Assembly: GCF_036321535.1 (NCBI RefSeq)
Contig: NC_087452.1
Location: 34,658,001 to 34,722,000, forward strand
Source of the DNA: Camelus dromedarius
Lineage: Eukaryota
DNA length: 64,000 nucleotides
Reading direction: 5' to 3'
Below are positions 1 through 9,214 of this stretch, piece after piece. Numbering within the stretch: the stretch's first letter is position 1; each line of letters opens with the position of its first letter. The notes under the pieces were generated by a model. The model saw only the letters and a list, made by a program, of their open reading frames with translations. It made no database searches and was not told the DNA's origin. Made by a program: the position numbers and the translations under genes.

Positions 1-99
1 CAGATGCCCCCTTGTGTAGGAGAGCTGGTGAAGCTATGGGCGGTGGAAAGAGCACTGGCCTGGGAGTCCAGCCCCAGTCTTGTTCCACTGTAGCCCATC

Positions 100-855
100 A
101 CAAGAAATTGAATATAGTTCCCTGTGCTGTACAGTAAATCCCTGTTGTTTATCTATTTTATGTATAGAAATGTGTATCTGTTAATCTCCAACCCCTAATT
201 TATCCCACCCTGCCCTTTCCCCTTTGGTAACTATTGTTTGTTTTCTATGTCCATGAGTCTATTTTTAGCTTGGAAATAGAATTTGTATCATTTTTTTTAG
301 ATTCCACATATAAGTGGCTTTCTCTGTCTGACTTANNNNNNNNNNNNNNNNNNNNNNNNNNNNNNNNNNNNNNNNNNNNNNNNNNNNNNNNNNNNNNNNN
401 NNNNNNNNNNNNNNNNNNNNNNNNNNNNNNNNNNNNNNNNNNNNNNNNNNNNNNNNNNNNNNNNNNNNNNNNNNNNNNNNNNNNNNNNNNNNNNNNNNNN
501 NNNNNNNNNNNNNNNTTTGAATTATAGTTTTCTCTGGATACATGCCCAGGAGTGGGGTTGCTGGACTATATGGTTACTCTATTTTTAGTTTTGTAAGGAA
601 CCTCCATACTGCCCTCCATAGTGGCTGCACAAATTTACATTCCCACCAAGAGTGTAGGAGGGTTCTGTTTTCTGCACACTCTCTCTAGCATTTATCATTT
701 GTGGACTTTTGAATGATGGCCACTCTGGCTGGTGTGAAGTGAAGTGAAGTGAAGTAGTTTTGATTTGCATTTCTCTGACAATTAGTAATGTTGAGCATCT
801 TTTCATGTGCTTGTTGGCCATCTCTCTGTCCTCTTTGGAGAGATGTCTATTTAGG
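100..855 (-). mobile_element. L1 3' fragment (ORF2 end and 3' UTR), antisense, with N run
   Basis: Typical L1 antisense text (catgcccaggagtggggttgctgg...aacctccatactg) and ORF2 C-terminal translation [23 protein letters not shown]. Boundaries are approximate. Confidence 0.85.
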
Positions 856-2456
856 GGTAATGATCTATTTCTTAGGACTTGAAATTCTTAGTAATTTTGA
901 ACAAGGGGCCCTGCATTTTTATTTTGCAAATGATATAGCTGATCCTGGCCAGTAGTGACTCCACATTTGAAGTAATACAGGATGGAGGCCCCGGAAAACA
1001 TTTTAAGAACAGCTTACTTCCCTCCATCCTTGATGCAATTCTCCCTGAGTCCTCCCCTCAAGGCTTCAGTAGCCAGAGGGCAGAGGATGCTCCTGAAGCA
1101 ACAGAAGAGAGTGGTACTTATCATAGATGGAGACCCCATTCATTCGCCCTGCAATACCCAGAGAGCAACTGGTCAAAAATCTCACTCTCCAGAACCTTTT
1201 AAAGCAATGGGCTGCAGGAGAGATGCAGGCCTGGCCAGGGTGAAGGTTGGTGGGATCAGGGAGAAGGGGCCAGGGAGCTCATCCAAGGGAGAGGGAGGCC
1301 CCAGATCATACCAGGGGAAATTCCACACAGGAGCCAGAGCTCTGAGTCCTGCCATCAACCACATCTTGGCCAAGACCTTCCTTCCAAGGCCATACCCATA
1401 CCCAACCTGGGCCTCAGTTTCCTCCCTGGCCAAAAGAGACTGGCGGTAAGCCCTGCCCTGCCCTGCTGACAAAAGTGCTGTGAAGTCAGAGGAGGTGGAT
1501 GCTCAGTACCCCTTTGTACCCTGCAGGATCACATGCTCAGGTCACATCTTGGTCTCAGGTGTTCAGACTCCACAGCCATGAAGGACTCAAGGGGCCCCAG
1601 GCTCCCCTCACAGTGTTGTTACCATGACCATCCCAGGGATGAGTATTAGGGTTGTTGCTTTGATGACAGAATGGACCCCAGGGGCCCCATTCAGTGTTGC
1701 TGCCATTAGTGAATTCCTTGGAAAGAAAGGCACTTCAGTGAGGTTTCCCGTTAGCACACAGGTGACCATCATGGCAGGACCTCCCAGCAGAGTGGAGAGA
1801 GACCCAACTTAAGAGTCAGCAGGACGATCAGGTTTGTTTCCTCTTCACAGGCTGGTGTCACCCCTACACAGCATGGCTTCCAGCATCCCAGCTCTACCCC
1901 TACAGTCCCTGCCACCCCTCAGCTTCCCGGTCTCCATCCCCTTCCCTCTCCAACCTGCAATCCCAGCTCCTGAGTCTCTTTTCCTTGTGCGTTGGTTGAA
2001 ATCCTTATGGAAGGAGATTATTGCTGGAGACAGGATCAGTGGTTCCCTATGGGCAGTTGAGTGGGCAGGAAGGTGTTTTAAAATCTAAATTTCCTTTGAG
2101 AAATAAACAAAATCAGGTGCCATCTGTATCTATTGAGTTGGACCTGGGACCCGTGAAAAGATTCCTGGCTGGAACAATGAAATCTGTGGAAATTCTATTC
2201 TGATCTCTAGTCCGTCCCTACCCTAGGAGTTGATCCCTTCTCTAGCCACTCTACAAAGGGTGTGCTAGCTGGCAAGGCCCAAGTGGGGGCTCTGGAGGGG
2301 CTGTTTCTACCTTACCAGGATATCCATGAGCAGACAAAACAGTTCTACTAGGACAAGCCATGTTCTGGGGAGGGACTGCAGAGACATCCAGGAAAGATGG
2401 AGGTGGGTATGTGCCTCGTGTGAGGTGCCCTGTCTGACTCCATCCTCCTGAAATTT

Positions 2457-3590
2457 TATTTATTTATTTTTAAATTTTTTAATTTAATTTTATTTTTAAA
2501 CATTTTTTATTGAGTTATAGTCATTTTACAGTGTTGTGTCAAATTCCAGCGTAAAGCACAATTTTCAGTTATACATGAACATACATACATTCATTGTCAC
2601 ATTCTCTTTCGCTGTGAGCCACCACAAGATCCTGTATGTATTTCCCTGTGCTACACAGTACAATCTTGTTTATCTATTCTACATTTTGAAATCTCAGTCC
2701 CTTCCCACCCCCCATCCCCCTGGCAACCACAAGTTTGTATTCTATGTCTATGAGTCTGTTTCTGTTTTGTATTTATGTTTTTTTTTAATTCCACATATGA
2801 GCGATCTCATATGGTATTTTTCTTTTTCTTTCTAGCTTACTTCACTTAGAATGACATTCTCCAATAACATCCATGTTGCTGCAAATGGNNNNNNNNNNNN
2901 NNNNNNNNNNNNNNNNNNNNNNNNNNNNNNNNNNNNNNNNNNNNNNNNNNNNNNNNNNNNNNNNNNNNNNNNNNNNNNNNNNNNNNNNNNNNNNNNNNNN
3001 NNNNNNNNNNNNNNNNNNNNNNNNNNNNNNNNNNNNNNNNNNTTTTGAAGTAGGGTTCCTTCTGGATATATGCCCAGGAGCAGGATTCCTGGGTCATGTG
3101 GTAAGTCCNNNNNNNNNNNNNNNNNNNNNNNNNNNNNNNNNNNNNNNNNNNNNNNNNNNNNNNNNNNNNNNNNNNNNNNNNNNNNNNNNNNNNNNNNNNN
3201 NNNNNNNNNNNNNNNNNNNNNNNNNNNNNNNNNNNNNNNNATGACGGCCATTCTGACTGGTGTGAGTTTTAATTTGCATTTCTCTGATAATTAGTGATAC
3301 TAAGCATTTTTTCATGTGCCTATTGACAATTTGTATTTCCTCCTTAGAGAATTCCTTGTTTAGGTCTTCTGCCCATTTTTGGATTGGGTTGTTTGTTTTT
3401 TTCTTATTAAGTCGTATGAGCTGCTCATATATTTTGGAGAACAAGCCTTTGTCGGTTTCATTTGCAAAACTTTTCTCCCATTCCATAGGTTTTCGTTTTG
3501 TTTTATTATGGTTTCCTTTGCTTCTAAGTTTAATTAGGTCCCATTTGTTTATTCTTGTTTTTATTTCTATTGCTTGGGTAGACTGCTCTA
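2457..3590 (-). mobile_element. 5'-truncated L1 with 16-bp TSD
   Basis: TSD CATCCTCCTGAAATTT at 2441-2456 and 3591-3606; T-rich tail on the left; ORF2 peptide [12 protein letters not shown]...MEWEK. The empty site is present in the paralog near 51577-51592. Confidence 0.92.
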
Positions 3591-4074
3591 CATCCTCCTG
3601 AAATTTAATGTCTGGATAGGCTTGACCTGCCTCCTGCCTGAAGCACACGGCCTCCAGGAGGCTGACCTGAGATGCTGGGCTTTGCAGGTCCTTGTCCTGG
3701 TAGAGGGGTGGGGAGGAGGTGCCCTCTGAGATGTACTTGAGGCATCCAGATCCTCAAATGGGAGAGAATACCCTCTTAGGCTCTGGAAACCAGCCTGGCT
3801 TCTCTGCACCCGTGTCCCCAGAAAAAACTCACTCACAGGAATGGTACCCATGCCCACCCATCTGCCCCACATCTGGAGCTGGGAGCCTGGTCTCTTCTGC
3901 AAAGCTGGGCATCCTCCCACTCAGCCTGCAGCCTGGCCCAGCTCAACGTGTCATCCTGCTGGGACCAGCTGGTTGGATGTTTGCTGTCCTAGTTGATGGT
4001 GAGATCGAGCCTGGGCCTGGCTCAGGCTGATGTCCATGGCCAGGGAGGTGGGTTCAGCTCAAGCCAGACTCTGG

Positions 4075-4075
<1 letters not shown>

Positions 4076-4114
<39 letters not shown>
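4076..4114. repeat. (CAG/CTG)n trinucleotide repeat; paralog at 52061-52100
   Basis: Encodes poly-Leu on the minus strand within pseudogene exon 1. Confidence 0.9.
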
Positions 4115-7014
4115 CAGCCCCGGATGCCCGCCGAGGCTCCTGGCTGCAGTGTGGCGGGTGCAGCCTCTGCTTGGTCTCCTGTCCTCCTGGGGTGGAGTAG
4201 GGCTGCCCTCCTGCCGGCTGCCTCCTTCTCCAAGCCCCAGGCCTGGGACATCCCAGCCTGGCTGAGGGGTTTCCAGGGTGACTTACCCTCGTGGTTCTCC
4301 CCCAGCACCTCACTTCACGTGAAGTGGTCAGTGGGAAAGAGGAAGCTGACCCTGCGTGGAGGGTCCTGATACTCACCCCCAGCCCAAATCTCCACCCTCA
4401 CAGGGACCTGGGGAGGGCAGGGGAGGAGCCCAATCCCTCCCCTTGTCCCCGTGAGAGGGACAGCATGGTGGGTCAGTGGGAGGCATTGGGTCCATGTCTT
4501 GGATTTGCCATTTTTCAGGCAGAGAATTCTTGTTTGAGTGATTTAATTGGGTCTCATTTTCCTCATCCACTGGGCAACTCAGAGAGCTGGTGGGTTTGGG
4601 GCACAGCAGACCGGGGTCCATTTCCTTTTATCCTGGATTCTCACAGACAGGAAAGATGGCTGGGAGGAGAAAAGCAGGCGGGCCATGCAGGATCACGGCT
4701 CATTCCCTGAGTTTATTGGGGTGACGGGTGCATAATGGTTTCTCAAGGACCAGATGTGGGTTCAGGGGCCAGCCTGCCTGGGCACAAGGGCTGTGGGGTC
4801 TTTCCTGAGAAAACCTCCACTCTGACAGGCTGTGAGGACAAACAAGGAAAGCCAGATGCTGGAGGCAGGGACGGCACACCCCCATCCAGGGAGTTGCAGT
4901 CTGAGAACCTGACAGGGGACACTCCAAGGACACAGGGAAGGATGGGCAAGGGGACTTCAGCCTAAAGTCTGGGCAAATGCAAAGGCGCAGAGGAGGAAAC
5001 CACAGGGAGGATTTCAGGGGGAACTGGTACCCGGTCACCATGGGTATTGCTAGGTATTTTTCTCCTGTAATCACCTCCTTTTTCTCCTCAGACTTGGGAA
5101 ATGATACATCTTGACCAAGAGGCCACTGGGGCAACACCTGGACTGTGACACCAGGTTGCCCAGACGTCCCTCTCTCTCCGTCCTTCTCTAAGGCTGAGTG
5201 TGCAACCAGCACATCCGTCCAGGCTGACACCTTGTAAGGTACCATGTCCAAGGCCCCAAGGGTCCTGAGGGCAAACTGATTCCAAGAACCACCACAGTCC
5301 TCACAGAAACACGGCCATTCCGTGGGAGACTGGAATAGAATTTGCTTCGAAGTCTTGAGCCCCTCTATTGCTTTGGCCCATTGTGTCTCCCAGTTGGGCT
5401 CCTCCACCTCCCACACTCACCACCTCAGCCTAGAGTTTCAGCCAGAGCCCTGGACAGGGAACCATTGAGGTCAAGTCAGAAGGGACGTCCTGAGGCTGTG
5501 AGAGCCAAGAGAGGAAGTGCTGTGTCTAGTTGGAGGTCAGAGGAGGCTTCACAAGGTGAAAGATGACAGCAGGCAGAGGGATCAGGTGCAGAGATGGGAG
5601 AAGAGCAGAGGCTTTGAGGGGCCTGAGAGGTTGGAGTGGATGTGCCCCCTGACACCTGAGAGTGCAGGGCTGCGACTGAGGAGGATGGGAGGTGGCAAGA
5701 CTCCAGCCCTGAGCCTGCTGGAGGTGTTGGGCCCCTGAAGGCAGGGGGTGAAATGTTGGAATCAGCAGCTTGGTATACCCCTGGATAATGGCATGGAGAG
5801 TGGACTTTGGTATGGGGGGAGACTGGAACCAGAGACGGTGGAGTCTGGAGGATATGGCTACGCTTCAGAGGAGAAGGGGAGGTGGTAGGACAGGGCAGGG
5901 GTGACAGGAGGGACAGGGAGTGTCCTCAGAGGAAGGAGGAGCAGGTGTGGGGTCCCAGGCTGTCAGCTCAGGTCTCCTGTGGGGGCTGCCAGCCAACAGC
6001 CCCAGACAGCCCCGTGCGGACAACCAGGATGTTCATAGGTGTCTTGACTCAGAGACACAGACCAGTGATGTGTGTCCCTGATAACTGGCATCTGGAGAAG
6101 GGATGTGCCCAGGAATGTGTGAGGATGGGGAGGAGAAGCCGCCCGTGTGCACCTGTGCAAGCCCTGTGTACTATGAGGAGGGTCCTGGGAGGGTACCGAG
6201 CAGGAGCCACCAAGGAGGTGGGAGGTGACCCAGGAGAGGGACACCAGGGGAAAAGTGGAAGAGAGCTGTTTCACAGGACAGAGAGTCCACAGTCCTGTGA
6301 TGATAAGGACAATATTTGAGTGTAGCCTCTGGATCCAGGGAAGGCTGGCCATCCTGCAGTGGTTCTGAGTGTGACAGAGGACAAAGAAATGTGGTCAATA
6401 GTGTACGTGACCTTTCTTTGGGCTCGGCTGGGAAGGACTAGGGCAACAAGCCAGTTCTTTTGGGATCTACGGATGCGACATTTTTAATCTGAGAAAGGCA
6501 GAGAAGACTAGGAGCGGGGACAGATGCAGTCACGCCCCTCACTGGCTGATGGTTAGGTCCAGAGAACAGGATGGTGTGGCCTTGGTGTCTGGGGACAAGC
6601 TGGGTGGGAAGGCAAAGATGGAAGTGGGCTGTCATCTGTTCATCATATGTTAACTGTGTACCGACTGGGTGCCAGGCGGTGTGTAGAGCTGGAGGTTGTG
6701 TGGTCAATACACTCCTTCAGCTTAATTCTCAGGAGGTCACAGTGAGGAGGCAGAGAGGGTGTAGGACACAGCCTGGTTCCTCCATCTCCTGGAGGACTCA
6801 ACCCTCTGGAGCAACCCTGCCAATGAAACTCCCCATGGGGCCCAGAAGAGGCCAAGATGTTGTCAGGGAGATGGAGAAACCATTTCTTCACCTTACACAG
6901 GAGGCAACCTCACCCACTGCCCAGCAATCCCCTGAGGCAAGAGCGGGGCCTGAGGCAAGTCCAGCTCACACCCTGGCCGGGGGCAGGGATGGGGCAGGTG
7001 GGGAAGGCTCCTGC

Positions 7015-7049
7015 TTGAGCAATTGCATCAGGCCCAGGCTGAGCATAAA
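7015..7049 (+). promoter_or_regulatory. Core promoter of gene 1: C/EBP site TTGAGCAAT, overlapping ATTGCATCA (CARE/AARE-like), TATA-like CATAAA
   Basis: Motifs at 7015-7023, 7022-7030 and 7044-7049. The same module lies at ATG-75..-41 of genes 2-6 (15224-15258, 24416-24450, 32585-32619, 39593-39627, 55057-55091). Confidence 0.7.
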
Positions 7050-7089
7050 GGAGGGTCCTGTGGGCTGGGAGGAGGCAGACTCGGGGACC

Positions 7090-9083
7090 ATGGAGACCCA
7101 GAGGGCCAGCCTCTCCCTGGGCCGCTGGCCACTGTGGCTACTGCTGCTGGGACTAGCGGTGCCTTGGGCCAGCGCCCAGGCCCTGAGCTATAGGGAGGCG
7201 GTGCTTCGAGCTGTGGATCGCCTCAATGAGCAGTCCTCAGACCCCAATCTCTACCGCCTCTTGGAGCTGGACCTGCCGCCCAAGGCTGTGAGTCGGGGAG
7301 GGGCTGGGGAGGGAGGTGTCTCCTGCCAGGCTTGGCCACACTGTCCCTCCCTTTGCTCGTGCTGTACCTCCTGTCAGGAAGGCACCTCTCCCTCTAAGTG
7401 GGATCCCACCTCTACAGAAATCCTCCCAGAGCTGGGTCCCCTCCCCTTGTGAGAGCCTTCTGCCTGGCATCTCTGCTGTGGGAACAGAGCCCTGACAGCC
7501 CGCTCAGGCTCCAGGGACTCCTGGGGGCTCCAGGGATACGCTGGGGTCACTGGCTCTGGGATGTGACTTCCCTGCTTCCAGTCCCCTGTGCACCCCATTG
7601 TCTTCCCACCAGGGAAGGGCTGTGCTCAGCCTTGGGGTTCCAGTGACAAGGTCTTTCCCTGCAGGTGTTCCCTGACTTCCCTCAGCCCCTCCAAGGGGAA
7701 CTGCCCCTCAGGAGAGCGGGTCTGAGTTCCCCTCCTGCTCCCTGTGAGCCTGGGAGCACAGGACCAGGCTGTGTCCTCCTCCCCTCTGCACCCAGCCCCC
7801 AGCCCAGGGCCAGGCACATGTGAGGGGCTGTCAAGGGGGCTGTCCTGCTGGGGGCAGGGACACAGGTCACACAAAGGAGCATGAGCCTGAGCCAGTCTCC
7901 CCACTTTGATCCTTGAGCAGGACGAGGACCCAGATGCCCCGAAGCCTGTGAGCTTCACGGTGAAGGAGACCGTGTGTCCCAGGAGGACACAGCAGCCACC
8001 GGAACAGTGTGACTTCAAGGAGAATGGGGTGAGGCTGGGGGCTTAAGGTGCTGGTGGGTGCCTCCCAAGACCCGAACAGGAGGCTTGGGGCGGGTTGTGG
8101 TTAGCAGCCCCTGGGGTGAGGCTGGTAGCTGGGGGTGCTGGTGGATGCCTCCCAAGAACAGGAACAGGAGGCTCGAAGGTGTGGTGTTATTTGCAGCCCC
8201 TGGGGTGAGGCTGGGTGGTTATGGCTCAGGGGTTACAGTGTGACCTGGTGTCTCCCCTTCCAGGTGGTGAAACAGTGTGTGGGGACAGTCACTCTGGACC
8301 AGTCCAGGGACCAACAGGACATCACCTGTGATGAGGTGAGTGACCCCTTCCAGGCTGCAGAGGCTGCTGCTGGGTCTGGTTTGTGGAACATCCTTTGGAC
8401 CAATTCTCCTCTGTGCCATCCCTGTAGCGGCAGGAAAGCCCTCCTCCCCTGGCTCCCCCTCACCCGAGCCCCAGGTCTCCAGGCCGGGCTCTGCAATCCC
8501 TTAGAGCAGTGGTTCTCTCATTGGGCTCCCCATACAGGACGTGTCAGAACGGCAAAAATTCTCAGGCCCCACTCTGACGTACTGAATCAGAGTCTAGGTT
8601 GGGGCCCAGTAATTTGTCTTGTAAGAGCCCTTGTAAGGGATTCTGTGCTGAAGTTTAAGAGGCACTGAGTAGGGTAATGGGCTTTTAGCCCCTGCTTCTG
8701 TCCTGCTTTGCTGGGAAGGGCTTGTGCCCCTGGGAAGCCCCTTGTCATCTCTGGGTCTTGGCTTCCTCCTCTGTGAGTGAGTGTAGGGATTCAACCATGT
8801 GCTCCAAAGGTCACACCCAGAGGGTGAACGGGGGCCTCAGGGCTCCTGGGGTGGCACTGGGAGGGGGATCAGCAGGTGAGGACAGGGGGTCTTGGGTTGA
8901 CCCTGGTTCCGACCCAGAAGAAATCTGTTTCCTCCTGGTTCACAGCTTCAGAGTGTTAGGAGCATTCGCCGGCCACGGCTGCCAAGGCCAAGGGTGCCAC
9001 GTCCATATATCCCACCAAGGATACCAAGGCCAGTATTGCCGCCACCACGGTTTCCTATTCCAAGGTTTCCGAGAGGACGGTGA
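7090..9083 (+). CDS. CATHL: Cathelicidin gene 1, 171-aa precursor; predicted mature Pro/Arg-rich peptide [39 protein letters not shown](-GR), PR-39/VicBac-like
   Basis: Exons 7090-7287, 7921-8028, 8264-8335, 8946-9083, all GT-AG and phase 0. [13 protein letters not shown] signal, [21 protein letters not shown] and four cathelin Cys are present. LQSV precedes the peptide and G-R precedes the stop. Confidence 0.97.
8507..8667. mobile_element. MER5A-like hAT element in intron 3 of gene 1, shared by all seven genes
   Basis: CAGTGGTTCTC...GAGGCACTG termini and tactgaatcagagtct core. Copies at about 16628-16792, 25799-25964, 33988-34152, 40974-41124, 56452-56610 and 61797-61955. Confidence 0.75.
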
Positions 9084-9168
9084 ATGGTTTGCTGATAACT
9101 GTCCCATAAAGGCCGAAGGAAGACTACAGAGGGTTTGCCTGCCCCGGGTCAGGACCTGGACATCAAAA

Positions 9169-9174
9169 GATAAA
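9169..9174 (+). terminator. Variant polyadenylation signal GATAAA of gene 1
   Basis: Occupies the position (followed by ttttTATGAA) where genes 2-7 have AATAAA. Confidence 0.55.
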
Positions 9175-9214
9175 TTTTTATGAAAAAAATTTCTCCAGGC
9201 TTCAATTTTAATTG

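Larger units (their letters stand above)
1734..4142 (-). pseudogene. Diverged cathelin-like pseudogene, copy A (L1-disrupted)
   Basis: Exon 1 4142-3837 reads QEPRRASGAV-L13-QSLA* with a GTGAGT donor. Exon 2 3696-3591 plus 2440-2439 totals 108 nt and is split by an L1. A degenerate exon 3 lies at about 1820-1734 (...GPAMMVTCVLTGNLTE). Confidence 0.7.

Noticed and set aside
336-3240. Three N runs (336-516, 2889-3042, 3109-3240)
   Set aside because: All lie inside L1 fragments with apparently collinear L1 flanks; they are gaps or masking, not biology.
3820-4142. Alternative reading of the poly-Leu exon as a PRSS50-like protease exon (…GYHS-C at a phase-1 donor)
   Set aside because: No downstream protease motifs were found. 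The next exons match cathelin size, phase and motifs instead.
6571-7452. Long ORFs spanning promoter, exon 1 and Cys-rich intron 1 (also 15065-16126, 24293-25288, 39434-40291, 54898-55524, 62721-63512)
   Set aside because: These are read-through of exon 1 into GC-rich flanks. Their stops differ among paralogs (gene 4 stops at 32905), the canonical GTGAGT donor is intact, and similarity is explained by DNA-level homogenization.
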